This document shows, piece by piece, positions 42,656-52,433 of a stretch of 64,000 bases of DNA. The DNA is from an uncultured Alphaproteobacteria bacterium (GTDB lineage Bacteria > Pseudomonadota > Alphaproteobacteria > Sphingomonadales > Sphingomonadaceae), in contig CAWCMV010000004.1 in NCBI GenBank assembly GCA_963796745.1, positions 44,492-108,491 on the forward strand. The letters run 5' to 3'. The position numbers and the translations under genes are program-made. Under the pieces are notes generated by a model. It saw nothing but the letters and a program-made list of their open reading frames with translations. It was not told where the DNA came from and ran no database searches. The stretch's first letter is position 1, and each line of letters begins with the position of its first letter.

Positions 42656-44145
42656 CAGGCGACCTTATTGACCGGGAAGGACAGCTGCGCGGCAGCATTC
42701 TCACGCTTGGAGAGATCGGTCAGGCTGGTGGGATATTCCCCGGTGAAGCAGGCATCGCAATATTGCGGGCAGCCCGCTGTGCGCTGCTTCTGGCCGACCG
42801 CGCGATAGAGCCCGTCAATCGAGACGAATGCGAGACTGTCGGCCTGGATGAAATCGCGCATCGCGGCAAGATCCATCCGGCCAGCGAGCAGCTTGGAGCG
42901 CTCGGGCGTGTCGACCCCGTAATAGCAGCCATAGCCGGTTGGCGGGCTGGCTACGCGAAAATGGACTTCGCGCGCACCGGCATCGCGCATCATCTGCACG
43001 ATCTTGAGACTGGTGGTTCCGCGCACGATCGAATCATCGATCAGCACGATCCGCTTGCCCTCAACGATCAGGCGATTGGCATTGTGCTTGCGCTTGACGC
43101 TGGCGTTGCGCGCGCCGTCCGATGGCTGAATGAAGGTCCGCCCGACATAATGCGAACGGATGATGCCCAGTTCGAAGGGAATGCCGGATTGCTGCGAATA
43201 GCCGATCGCGGCGGGCACGCCGCTGTCGGGCACCGGCACCACCAGATCGGCATCGGTCGGGCTTTCGATCGCCAGCTGGACGCCGATTTCCTTGCGCGAG
43301 GCATAGACCGAGCGGTTATCGAGGATCGAATCCGGGCGGCTGAAATAGACATGCTCGAAAATGCACGGGCGCGAGGCGATTTCGCCGAAGGGGCGCAGGC
43401 TTTCGATCTCGCCCGAAAAATCGACCCGGATCAATTCGCCCGGCTCGACCTCGCGGATCAGCTCCGCGCCGACCACATCGAATGCCACGGTTTCGCTGGA
43501 AAACACCACCGCATCGCCGATCCGGCCCATCACCAGCGGGCGGATGCCCAGCGGATCGCGGCAGGCGATCAGCCCTTCATTGGTCATGCAGACCAGCGAA
43601 TAGGCGCCTTCGAGATAGCGCAAGGCATCAATGAAACGATCCAGCAGCTTGGGAAAATTGCGGCTGGTGGCGACCAGATGGATGATTACCTCGGTGTCGG
43701 AGGTCGACTGGAAGATCGCGCCATTGCGCACCAGTTCCTCTCGCAGCGTGGCCGCATTGGAAATATTGCCATTATGCGCGATCGCGAAGCCGCCCGAGGC
43801 GAGATCGGCATAGAGCGGCTGGACATTGCGCAGGCCAGCGCCGCCGGTGGTGGAATAGCGCACATGGCCTGCGGCCATATGGCCGGGCAATTCGGCCAGC
43901 GCTTCGCCGGAGGAGAAATTCTCGGCGACATGGCCAAGCCCGCGCCGCGAATAGAATTCCTTGCCGTCAAAGCTGGTGATCCCGGCCGCTTCCTGGCCGC
44001 GATGCTGCAGCGCATGGAGGCCGAGTGCGCAGATGGTGGAGGCTTCGGCGGCGCCGATCACGCCAAACACGCCGCATTCCTCGTGCAGCTTGTCGTCGCC
44101 GATGTCCCAGGGCGTCTCGTCGCGAAGGGTAGCGCTTGGTGTCAT
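42655..44145 (-). CDS. purF: Amidophosphoribosyltransferase
   Basis: HEECGVFG (propeptide/Cys1), LQHRGQE, GHVRYST, HNGN and DDSIVRGTTS. Confidence 0.97.
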   Translation of the reverse strand: MTPSATLRDETPWDIGDDKLHEECGVFGVIGAAEASTICALGLHALQHRGQEAAGITSFDGKEFYSRRGLGHVAENFSSGEALAELPGHMAAGHVRYSTTGGAGLRNVQPLYADLASGGFAIAHNGNISNAATLREELVRNGAIFQSTSDTEVIIHLVATSRNFPKLLDRFIDALRYLEGAYSLVCMTNEGLIACRDPLGIRPLVMGRIGDAVVFSSETVAFDVVGAELIREVEPGELIRVDFSGEIESLRPFGEIASRPCIFEHVYFSRPDSILDNRSVYASRKEIGVQLAIESPTDADLVVPVPDSGVPAAIGYSQQSGIPFELGIIRSHYVGRTFIQPSDGARNASVKRKHNANRLIVEGKRIVLIDDSIVRGTTSLKIVQMMRDAGAREVHFRVASPPTGYGCYYGVDTPERSKLLAGRMDLAAMRDFIQADSLAFVSIDGLYRAVGQKQRTAGCPQYCDACFTGEYPTSLTDLSKRENAAAQLSFPVNKVA

Positions 44146-44367
44146 GTAGTTCGGGGCCCGTGAGCGTCTTGAGCCAAGTGCATCAAAAGTCGCGCGCTCC
44201 CAATGGCGATGTTACGCCATGATTACAAGTGCAGGGCGCAGCTGAAACCGGTTTTTGGGTGAGGCTTTGCATAGCGGATCAAGGGGCTTGCTGGCTGGAC
44301 CGCGCCCATTTGCGCTGCTGTGCTTTTCAGGAAGATGTCCCCCGGACATCTCCCGGATCTGAAAAAC

Positions 44368-44444
44368 TGGTCGGGGAGAGAGGATTCGAACCTCCGGCCC
44401 CTGCCTCCCGAAGACAGTGCTCTACCAGGCTGAGCTACTCCCCG
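44368..44444 (-). tRNA. tRNA-Pro(CGG)
   Basis: CGGGGAGTAGCTCAGCCTGGTAGAGCACTGTCTT-CGG-GAGGCAG...GGTTCGAATCC..CCCCGACCA; 77 nt with encoded CCA. Confidence 0.97.
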
Positions 44445-44485
44445 ACCGGAACCCGCAGCCAAGCTGTGGGTGAGGCAGGTGCGGG

Positions 44486-44514
44486 CCAATAGCCGCGAGG
44501 GGGCGGGGTGGCAA
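44486..44514 (-). promoter_or_regulatory. Sigma70-like promoter of tRNA-Pro
   Basis: Minus strand TTGCCA-N17-TATTGG. Confidence 0.5.
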
Positions 44515-44544
44515 GCGGGCATTTTCGGGTGTAGCGCATAGGCC

Positions 44545-45501
44545 ATGGCCAGTCTTGCCCGCCCATCCGATTCTCAAGCCGAACGCCATCCCGAATGGCA
44601 ATATCTCGACCTGCTGCGCCGGGTGTGGGAGCAGGGCGACGAACGGATCGACCGTACCGGGATCGGCACGCGCTCGATCTTCGGGGCGCAGCTGCGCTTC
44701 GATCTGTCCGGCGGGCATATGCCGCTGATCACCACCAAAAGGGTCTATTGGAAAACCGCGACGCGCGAGATGCTTTGGTTCCTCACCGGCGACACCAATA
44801 TCCGCTCGCTGGTGCTGCAGGGCGTCAATATCTGGAACGAATGGCCCCATGCGGCCTTTCTGCGCGAAAGCGGCGAGGCGATCACGCTTGACGCCTTTGT
44901 CGAGCGGATCGCGCAGGACGAGGCTTTCGCCGCCCGCTGGGGCGATCTCGGCCCGGTCTATGGCAAGCAATGGGTCGATTGGGCGCGCTTTGAGCCCAAT
45001 GGCGACGGCAGCTTCCGCAAGGGGCCGGGGATCAATCAGGTCGCGCAGGTGATCGACAGCCTCAGGCATAATCCCGGCAGCCGGCGCCACATCATCGAAG
45101 GATGGAATGTGGCAGAGCTCGATTCGATGGCGCTGCCGCCCTGCCACAAGACCTATCAGTTCCATGTCGCGGGCAGCAGGCTCAATTGCCTGCTGTATCA
45201 GCGCAGCTGCGATGTCGCGCTGGGTCTGCCGTTCAACCTGTGGTCGGCGGCGCTGCTGCAGCGGATGGTGGCGCAGCAGACCGATCTTGAACCGGGCGAG
45301 CTGGTGTGGATGGGCGGCGATACGCATCTCTATCTCAACCATGGCGAGCTGGTTGAGGAGCAGCTCGCCCGGCAGCCCTCGGGCGAGCCGAAGCTCGACA
45401 TCCTGCGCCGGCCTGAGTCGATCTTCGATTATCGGATCGAGGATTTCGCGGTGCGCGATTACACCCCGCAGGGCGCAATCAAGGCACCGATTGCGGTGTG
45501 A
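44545..45501 (+). CDS. thyA: Thymidylate synthase (long form)
   Basis: DRTGIGT, PLITTK, LGPVYG.QW, MALPPCH, YQRSCD.LGLPFN and DTHLYLNH. Confidence 0.96.
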   Translation: MASLARPSDSQAERHPEWQYLDLLRRVWEQGDERIDRTGIGTRSIFGAQLRFDLSGGHMPLITTKRVYWKTATREMLWFLTGDTNIRSLVLQGVNIWNEWPHAAFLRESGEAITLDAFVERIAQDEAFAARWGDLGPVYGKQWVDWARFEPNGDGSFRKGPGINQVAQVIDSLRHNPGSRRHIIEGWNVAELDSMALPPCHKTYQFHVAGSRLNCLLYQRSCDVALGLPFNLWSAALLQRMVAQQTDLEPGELVWMGGDTHLYLNHGELVEEQLARQPSGEPKLDILRRPESIFDYRIEDFAVRDYTPQGAIKAPIAV

Positions 45502-45510
45502 CGCCCAAAT

Positions 45511-45969
45511 TCAGCGCACGATTGCGCTATAGGTCATCCGGCCGGTGCCGCGCCGGGCTTCATCGCGATTTACCTGCCAGCGCAGATGGGTCACGTCCTC
45601 GGGCGAGGCGAGGCGGGTGGTGCCGTGATCATTCAGCTGCAATGAGCCGAGCGTGCCCCAGTGGCGGCCCCCGTCAGCCGAAACCTGCATTCCTTCCTGG
45701 CTGGTGTCTTCAAACGCGATGCTGGCGGGAATCGCGCTGGTTACCGTGAATCCCTTGTCGCCGGGCTGGGCCTGCCATTCAACCAGCAGGATCAGGCGGT
45801 CGCCGTGGCTGAAGGTGCGGGCCGGTTCGATGCTGCGCGCAATTCTGCCATCGCCGGTGTGGCTGAGGCGTTCGATGAACACCGCGCTTTGCAGCATGAC
45901 CGATTCCTGCGCGAGCGCCGGCGTGGCCAGGGCGCCGGCAATCATGGCCGCAATGATCAATTTTCGCAT
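45511..45969 (-). CDS. Conserved hypothetical exported beta-rich protein
   Basis: Signal peptide MRKLIIAAMIAGALATPALA; VSADGG..WG.L and EDVTHLRW pattern. Confidence 0.75.
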   Translation of the reverse strand: MRKLIIAAMIAGALATPALAQESVMLQSAVFIERLSHTGDGRIARSIEPARTFSHGDRLILLVEWQAQPGDKGFTVTSAIPASIAFEDTSQEGMQVSADGGRHWGTLGSLQLNDHGTTRLASPEDVTHLRWQVNRDEARRGTGRMTYSAIVR

Positions 45970-46105
45970 GGATAATTCCCGGCTTTGGTTGCGGAATCAT
46001 CGCAGCCAGGCACCAAGATATGGTTAACGGCGCGCTTCATTTTCCCGAATTGCCGGGGTTTTTGCGCACATTGCAAAAGGCTTTGCCCAAGGCCGATCAC
46101 ATCGG

Positions 46106-46134
46106 TTGACAGCCTGTCGCGGCTGCCTTAGTGG
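46106..46134 (+). promoter_or_regulatory. Sigma70-like promoter of tRNA-Asp
   Basis: TTGACA-N17-TAGTGG about 20 bp upstream of the tRNA. Confidence 0.6.
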
Positions 46135-46154
46135 CGCTGCTCCCCAAGAGGCAC

Positions 46155-46231
46155 GCGGGTGTAGCTCAGTTGGTTAGAGTGCCGGCCTGTCACGCCGGAG
46201 GTCGCGGGTTCAAGTCCCGTCACTCGCGCCA
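46155..46231 (+). tRNA. tRNA-Asp(GTC)
   Basis: GCGGGTGTAGCTCAGTTGGTTAGAGTGCCGGCCT-GTC-ACGCCGG...GGTTCAAGTCC..CGCCA. Confidence 0.97.
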
Positions 46232-46357
46232 CTTGGGGGGATTTTCGGCAGCCAATGCGCGTTGTCGCGGCTCGCACGGGCCGCTCCACGGACTGGGCGG
46301 GATCCAGTCCTGGATAGCCCGGCCAGCCTTTGCCCGGCGGAAATTTACTCCGCAGCG

Positions 46358-46570
46358 TCAGCCCCAGCGGCCGGTTTCCATCCAGATCAGGAAGCGCCGC
46401 AAAGGCAGCAACCACACCGTGCCCAGCACGATATAGATCAGCGTCTGGACCAGCACCGGCAATTGGCCGATCCATTGCGAGGCCCAGGCGATGGCGAGCG
46501 CATAGAGGCCGAGCACGGCCACCAGGCCGAGAATCCCCAGCGGAATGCGCAGGGTTGGGGTCTTTCGCAT
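46358..46570 (-). CDS. Small membrane protein, DUF2842-like
   Basis: 70 aa with two TM segments and W..PL...LIWM; overlaps the stop of the cyclo-ligase gene. Confidence 0.75.
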   Translation of the reverse strand: MRKTPTLRIPLGILGLVAVLGLYALAIAWASQWIGQLPVLVQTLIYIVLGTVWLLPLRRFLIWMETGRWG

Positions 46571-47157
46571 CAGAAATAGGGTCCATAAAGGCGCGTAGGC
46601 GTGACGATCGCCTTGAGCGGGATGTCATGCGGTTCCAGCGGCAGGCTATCGACCAGCTGGATATCCCAGGCCATGCCGATCGCGATGGTGTCAGGATGCC
46701 GGGCCAGCCAGCCGTCATAATGCGCCGCGCCCTGGCCGATCCGTTCGCCGCGTTCGGTAAAGCCGACCAGCGGCACGAACAGCACCTGCGGGGTGACTGC
46801 GCCATTATCCGTTTCCGGCTGGGGGCCGAACGGGCCCTGCACCAGGTCGGTCTCGCCAATTGGATCGCCCCAGCGGCGGAACTGCATCGGATCGCTTCGT
46901 CCGGTAAAGGCCGGCAGGGCGACCGCGAAGCCATTTTCGAACAGGAACCGCGCATAGGGCCGGGCGGGGGCCTCCTGCGGGGTATCGTAATAAAGCCCGA
47001 TGGTGGCGCCCTGCGGTAGCCACTCGAGTACCTGGCCCGGCGGACGGCGGAACAGCAGAGCGCGGGTCGAGGGATCGAGCGCGGCGGCATAATCGCTGCG
47101 CCGGGCCCGCAGTTCGCGCCGCAGGGCCTGTTTTTCCAGCAGGAGATCGTCGGGCAA
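46570..47157 (-). CDS. ygfA: 5-formyltetrahydrofolate cyclo-ligase
   Basis: K..LR.ELRARR, FVPLVGF...GERIGQG..HYD and EPHD; TTG start after GAGGAG; follows 6S RNA. Confidence 0.9.
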   Translation of the reverse strand: MPDDLLLEKQALRRELRARRSDYAAALDPSTRALLFRRPPGQVLEWLPQGATIGLYYDTPQEAPARPYARFLFENGFAVALPAFTGRSDPMQFRRWGDPIGETDLVQGPFGPQPETDNGAVTPQVLFVPLVGFTERGERIGQGAAHYDGWLARHPDTIAIGMAWDIQLVDSLPLEPHDIPLKAIVTPTRLYGPYF

Positions 47158-47197
47158 GATTATACTCCTCACCCGGCCAGTGCCGGACAGCAGATCA

Positions 47198-47358
47198 GTG
47201 ACGGGACCACCATGGGCCGGTGCCGGGGAAATCCTCTGACGCCTAACGTCAGGTGGGAGCCATATGTGCCGGACCAAGGTCCGACCAGAGACAGCCCCCT
47301 TGGATTGCTTATAGCCTCAGGGATATTCGATCAGCGCGTACCGGGCAGTACCCGTCAC
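47198..47358 (-). ncRNA. ssrS: 6S RNA
   Basis: About 160 nt with a terminal stem GTGACGGG...CCCGTCAC and internal complementarity; canonical zapA-6S-ygfA position; own promoter TTGAGG-N17-TAGATA (47391-47363). Confidence 0.9.
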
Positions 47359-47380
47359 AGCCTATCTAGTGCGTGGGGAG

Positions 47381-47695
47381 TCAGCCCTCAAGGCTTTCCG
47401 CTAGTTTTTCCAGCCGCTCGGCAAATGCTTCGAGCTGCGGCGCGGTAACTTGCGCGACGCCGGGCGCGGCCGCGGCCGCTGCAGCGCCGCGCGCGTTCTT
47501 CAATTCATGGATCTCATCCGCCAGCAACAGCGCGGCGAACAGCAGGGTGCGCGCTTCGTTCTGGCGGACATTCGGCCCCAGAGACGCGAGCTTGGCATCG
47601 ATCGAGCGGCCCAGACCGGCGATATGCGGTTCCTGCCCGTCCTGGCAGGCGACGGTGTAGCTGCGGCCGCCGATCTCGAGGGCGATATTGCTCAT
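47381..47695 (-). CDS. zapA: Cell division protein ZapA
   Basis: IGGRSYTVAC..GQE..I..LG..ID..LLFAALLLADE. Confidence 0.9.
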   Translation of the reverse strand: MSNIALEIGGRSYTVACQDGQEPHIAGLGRSIDAKLASLGPNVRQNEARTLLFAALLLADEIHELKNARGAAAAAAAPGVAQVTAPQLEAFAERLEKLAESLEG

Positions 47696-47747
47696 CGCGC
47701 CGGACCGGCAGGGAGGGGGCGTGCGGCGCAGGGGGGCATCGCGCGGC

Positions 47748-47936
47748 TCATGCTTCAAGCGACCCGATAAGCCTGTCGAGTTCGGTCAAGGTGGTGGCCA
47801 CGCTGGCGCGCAGGCGATCATGCTTGAGGGCCAGCTCGCCATCGCCCGCCACCGGTGCGCGCGCAGTGACCGCCTCGATCCGCGCCGTTGCAGCTTCGAT
47901 CCGGGCCAGCGCCGTCTCTACCCTTTGCCGTTCCAT
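47748..47936 (-). CDS. Small coiled-coil protein upstream of zapA (ZauP-like position)
   Basis: ALARIEAATARIEA..LRASVATTLTELDRLI heptad pattern; synteny with zapA. Confidence 0.65.
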   Translation of the reverse strand: MERQRVETALARIEAATARIEAVTARAPVAGDGELALKHDRLRASVATTLTELDRLIGSLEA

Positions 47937-48151
47937 ATGCACTGGCTAGCGCAAACTTCCGCCAGACTGCAAAAGCTTGGTCACGAAAGTTGTGAATTAC
48001 CTTTCGCCCCGGCAGCGCGGAACCTGCCCGGTGCGGCCCCGCACAGGGCCTGACCTGTGCTTGACGGGGGCGAACCACTCCGCAAAGGAAGCCGCGCGCC
48101 GAATTGTCACAAAACAACCCTTTTTCGGCGTACCCGCAGGAGCCCGCCACG

Positions 48152-50149
48152 ATGACCCTCGATCCGTCTCGCCTCGCGCCCATGGCCAATGCCATCCGCG
48201 CGCTCACGATGGACGCGGTCCAAGCAGCCAATATCGGCCATCCTGGCATGCCAATGGGCATGGCCGATGTCGCCACCGTGCTGTGGTCCGACTATCTCAA
48301 ATTCGATCCCGCAGCCCCGCATTGGCCTGATCGTGATCGCTTCGTGCTGTCTGCCGGCCATGGCTCGATGCTGCTGTATGCGCTGCTGCATCTGACCGGC
48401 TACGAACGGCCGACGATGGAGGATATCCGCAATTTCCGGCAGCTTGGCAGCCCCTGCGCCGGCCATCCGGAGAACTTCCTGCTCGATGGTGTCGAAGCCA
48501 CCACCGGCCCGCTGGGCCAGGGCCTGGCAATGGGCGTGGGCATGGCCATTGCCGAGCGTCACCTCAATGCCAATTTCGGCGACGCGTTGGTCGATCACCG
48601 CACCTGGGTGATCGCGGGCGATGGCTGCCTGATGGAAGGCATCAATCACGAGGCGATCGGCCTTGCCGGCCATTTCGAACTCGGCCGGCTGATCGTGCTG
48701 TGGGACGATAACCGCATCACGATCGACGGCGCGGTGGACCTTTCTTCGAGCGAGGATGTCGAAGCGCGCTATCGCTCGGCCAAATGGCATGTGGTGCGCT
48801 GCGACGGGCACGATCCCGCCGATATCCGCCGCGCGATTGACGAGGCGCTGGCCGATCCGCGCCCGTCGCTGGTCGCCTGCCGCACGATCATCGGCAAGGG
48901 CGCCCCGAACAAGCAGGGCACCTCCGGGGTCCATGGTTCACCGCTCGGCGCCGATGAAGTCGCCGCCGCGCGGGTCGAACTGGGCTGGGATGCACCGCCC
49001 TTTGTGGTGCCGGGCGATATTATGGAAGATTGGCGCTCGCTGGGCGCAAAGGGCGCTGCCGCCCATGCCGCCTGGGCCGGCCGGCTGGCGGGAGCTGCCA
49101 ATAAGGCCGCCTTCGAAGCGCAATTGGCAGGCGTGGCCGATCTCGCCGCTCCGGCGCTCGAAAGCCATATTGCCGCGCTGGCCAAGGACCAGCCCAAGGT
49201 CGCCAGCCGCAAGGCTTCGGAAATGGCGCTTGGTCCGCTGACCGAAGTCCTGCCGCAGCTGATCGGCGGCTCGGCCGATCTTACGGGGTCGAACAACACC
49301 AAAACATCTTTTACCAAGCCTTTGACCGCACAGGATTATTCCGGTCGCTATCTCTATTACGGGATCCGCGAATTCGGCATGGCTGCGGCGATGAACGGCA
49401 TGGCGCTGCATGGCGGGGTGGTGCCCTATGGCGGGACCTTCCTGATCTTCAGCGATTATTGCCGCAACGCCATCCGCCTGTCTGCGCTGCAGCGGGTCGG
49501 GGTGGTCTATGTCCTGACCCATGATTCTATCGGGCTGGGCGAAGATGGGCCGACGCATCAGCCGGTCGAACAGGTAATGAGCCTGCGGCTGATCCCCAAT
49601 CTCAATGTCTTTCGCCCCGCCGATGCGATCGAGACGGCGGAATGCTGGGCGCTGGCGCTGCAGACCCCGCAGACCCCCTCGGTCCTCGCACTCTCGCGCC
49701 AGAATCTGCCGAGTTTGCGCGGCGTGGGGGACGAGGTCTGGACCGCGGCGCTCAATCGCAGTGCCCGGGGCGCTTATCGCCTGCGTGATGCTGCGGCATC
49801 ACGCCGGGTGGTGCTGCTGGCGACTGGTTCTGAAGTGGAGGTCGCGCTGGCGACTGCCGATGCGCTTGAAGCCCAGGGGATCGGCGCAGATGTCGTATCG
49901 ATGCCCTGCATGGAGCTGTTCGCGCAGCAGGATCCGGCCTATCGCGATGAGCTGCTGCCGCGCGATGCCTTGATCGTCTCGATTGAGGCCGGCTCGACAC
50001 TGGGCTGGCAGGCCTATACCGGCCGCGACGGGCTCAATATCGGTCTTGACCGCTTCGGCGCTTCGGCCCCTGCGGAAGTCTTGTTCAAACATTTCGGCTT
50101 CACAGCGGAAGCCATCGTGCCGCAGATCACGGCAAAACTCGCGGAATAA
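48152..50149 (+). CDS. tkt: Transketolase
   Basis: GHPGMPMG, DRFVLSAGH, TGPLGQG, GDGCLMEG and THDSIGLGEDGPTHQP. Confidence 0.97.
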   Translation: MTLDPSRLAPMANAIRALTMDAVQAANIGHPGMPMGMADVATVLWSDYLKFDPAAPHWPDRDRFVLSAGHGSMLLYALLHLTGYERPTMEDIRNFRQLGSPCAGHPENFLLDGVEATTGPLGQGLAMGVGMAIAERHLNANFGDALVDHRTWVIAGDGCLMEGINHEAIGLAGHFELGRLIVLWDDNRITIDGAVDLSSSEDVEARYRSAKWHVVRCDGHDPADIRRAIDEALADPRPSLVACRTIIGKGAPNKQGTSGVHGSPLGADEVAAARVELGWDAPPFVVPGDIMEDWRSLGAKGAAAHAAWAGRLAGAANKAAFEAQLAGVADLAAPALESHIAALAKDQPKVASRKASEMALGPLTEVLPQLIGGSADLTGSNNTKTSFTKPLTAQDYSGRYLYYGIREFGMAAAMNGMALHGGVVPYGGTFLIFSDYCRNAIRLSALQRVGVVYVLTHDSIGLGEDGPTHQPVEQVMSLRLIPNLNVFRPADAIETAECWALALQTPQTPSVLALSRQNLPSLRGVGDEVWTAALNRSARGAYRLRDAAASRRVVLLATGSEVEVALATADALEAQGIGADVVSMPCMELFAQQDPAYRDELLPRDALIVSIEAGSTLGWQAYTGRDGLNIGLDRFGASAPAEVLFKHFGFTAEAIVPQITAKLAE

Positions 50150-50163
50150 CAGGAGCATTTGGC

Positions 50164-51171
50164 ATGGCGACCAGAGTTGCAATCAATGGTTTCGGGCGCA
50201 TCGGACGCCTGGTGGCGCGTGCGATCCTTGAACGGGCCGACGACAATTTTGATCTCGTTTCGATCAATGATCTGGCTGACGCCAAGGCGAATGCACTGCT
50301 GTTCGCCTTCGATTCGACCCATGGCCGCTTTCCCGGCACGGTTACATCCGATGGCGATTCAATCACCGTCAATGGCAAACACATCGCGGTGACCCGCGAA
50401 CGCGAGCCGGGCAAGCTGCCGCATCGCGAAATGGGCATCGATCTGGTGCTTGAATGCACCGGCTTCTTCCAGTCCAAGGAAGCCAGCCAGCCGCATATCG
50501 ATGCCGGCGCGCGCCGGGTTCTGATTTCGGCACCTGCCACCGGGGTCGACAAGACGGTCGTCTTTGGCGTCAATCACAAGACTCTGACCGCTGACGACAT
50601 CGTCGTCTCCAATGCCAGCTGCACCACCAATTGCCTGGCACCGGTGGCCAAGGTGCTGAACGACACTGTCGGGATCGAGCGTGGCTTCATGACCACGATC
50701 CACAGCTACACCAATGACCAGCGCATCCTCGACCAGATGCATTCGGACATGCGCCGTGCACGCGGCGGAGCCCAGAACATGATTCCCACCACCACTGGTG
50801 CGGCGCGCGCTGTCGGGCTGGTTCTGCCAGAACTCAACGGCAAGCTGGACGGCAGCTCGGTGCGGGTGCCGACGCCCAATGTCAGCCTGATCGATCTGGT
50901 GTTCACGCCCAGCCGCGAGACCACCAAGGAAGAGATCAACGCCGCGCTGAAGGCAGCTGCCGAAGGCGCGATGAAGGGTGTGCTTGATTACACCGATCAG
51001 CCGCTGGTCAGCTCAGACTTCAATCACTATCCGGCCTCCTCGACCGTCGACAGCCTCGAAACCACGGTGCTGGAAGGCAAGCTGGTTCGAGTGGTGTCAT
51101 GGTATGACAATGAATGGGGCTTCTCGAACCGCATGATCGACACCGCGAAAGTGATGGCGAGCTTCCTTTAA
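50164..51171 (+). CDS. gap: Glyceraldehyde-3-phosphate dehydrogenase
   Basis: INGFGRIGR, ASCTTNCL and WYDNEWG. Confidence 0.98.
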   Translation: MATRVAINGFGRIGRLVARAILERADDNFDLVSINDLADAKANALLFAFDSTHGRFPGTVTSDGDSITVNGKHIAVTREREPGKLPHREMGIDLVLECTGFFQSKEASQPHIDAGARRVLISAPATGVDKTVVFGVNHKTLTADDIVVSNASCTTNCLAPVAKVLNDTVGIERGFMTTIHSYTNDQRILDQMHSDMRRARGGAQNMIPTTTGAARAVGLVLPELNGKLDGSSVRVPTPNVSLIDLVFTPSRETTKEEINAALKAAAEGAMKGVLDYTDQPLVSSDFNHYPASSTVDSLETTVLEGKLVRVVSWYDNEWGFSNRMIDTAKVMASFL

Positions 51172-51199
51172 GAGTGATCGGACCGGACGGGGTTAGCCA

Positions 51200-52411
51200 A
51201 TGAGTGCCTTCAAGACCCTTGACGATCTGGGTGACGTTCTCGGCGACGTGGCGGGCAAGGTCGCGCTGGTCCGGGTCGATCTCAACCTGCCGATGGATGG
51301 CGGGCAGGTCACCGACCTCACGCGGGTGCGCGCTGCCGCGCCGACGATCCTCGAACTGGCGGGCAAGGGCGCGAAAGTGCTGCTGCTCGCCCATTTCGGG
51401 CGTCCGGGCGGGCAGCGCAGTTCGATGCTGTCACTCTCGATGGTGATCGACGCGGTGCAGGATGTGCTGGGCAAGGAAGTGATGTTCGTGCCCGAGGTTA
51501 CCGGGCCGGTGGTGGCGCAATCGGTCGGCATTCTGGGCAATGGCGATATCGCGGTGCTTGAAAACACGCGCTTCTGGCCGGGTGAAGAGGCCAATGATCC
51601 GGCCTTTGCCCAGGCCATCGCCGCCAATGGCGATTTCTATGTCAATGATGCCTTTTCCGCCGCGCATCGCGCCCATGCCTCGACCGAGGGGCTGGCGCAT
51701 CTGCTGCCGGCCTTTGCTGGCCGGTCGATGCAGGCCGAACTTGAAGCGCTGCAGAAGGCGCTGGGCAATCCGGACAAGCCGGTGGCAGCCGTGGTTGGCG
51801 GGGCGAAAGTCTCCTCCAAGCTCGCAGTGCTCACCCATCTGGTCGACAAGGTCGATCATCTGATCATCGGCGGCGGCATGGCCAATACGTTTCTCGCCGC
51901 GCGCGGGGTAGATGTCGGCAAAAGCCTGTGCGAACATGAGCTTGCCGTAACCTGCGAAGAAATTATGGAAGCCGCCGATGCATCCGGCTGCACCGTGCAT
52001 CTGCCCTATGATGTGGCGGTGGCGAGAGAATTCGCCGCCAATCCGCCGAGCCTGCGGATCTGCAATGTCCATGAGGTGGCGGCCGATGAGATGATTCTCG
52101 ATATCGGCCCCCAGGCGACCGAGGCGCTGGCCGATGTGCTCAAGACCTGCCGCACTTTGGTGTGGAACGGCCCGCTTGGCGCTTTCGAGACCCCGCCGTT
52201 CGACACGGCCACCGTCGCCTTGGCCAAGACCGCCGCCGCCTTGACGGCAGAAGGCTCGCTGGTCTCGGTTGCGGGCGGCGGCGATACGGTCGCCGCGCTG
52301 GCCCATGCCGGTGTGGCGCAGGATTTTACTTATGTTTCAACTGCGGGCGGGGCTTTCCTCGAATGGATGGAAGGCCGCGAACTGCCCGGAGTGGTGGCGT
52401 TGGAACGCTGA
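51200..52411 (+). CDS. pgk: Phosphoglycerate kinase
   Basis: RVDLNLP, NDAFSAAHRAH, GGAKVSSK, WNGPLG and GGGDT..STAGGAFLE. Confidence 0.97.
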   Translation: MSAFKTLDDLGDVLGDVAGKVALVRVDLNLPMDGGQVTDLTRVRAAAPTILELAGKGAKVLLLAHFGRPGGQRSSMLSLSMVIDAVQDVLGKEVMFVPEVTGPVVAQSVGILGNGDIAVLENTRFWPGEEANDPAFAQAIAANGDFYVNDAFSAAHRAHASTEGLAHLLPAFAGRSMQAELEALQKALGNPDKPVAAVVGGAKVSSKLAVLTHLVDKVDHLIIGGGMANTFLAARGVDVGKSLCEHELAVTCEEIMEAADASGCTVHLPYDVAVAREFAANPPSLRICNVHEVAADEMILDIGPQATEALADVLKTCRTLVWNGPLGAFETPPFDTATVALAKTAAALTAEGSLVSVAGGGDTVAALAHAGVAQDFTYVSTAGGAFLEWMEGRELPGVVALER

Positions 52412-52433
52412 ATGATTGCCTTTGGAGGGGTGC

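Noticed and set aside
46289-46310. 12-bp reverse-complement match between the hairpin after tRNA-Asp and the element at 2804-2815
   Set aside because: GC-rich 12-mer matches are expected by chance in 64 kb; not enough to call a repeat family.
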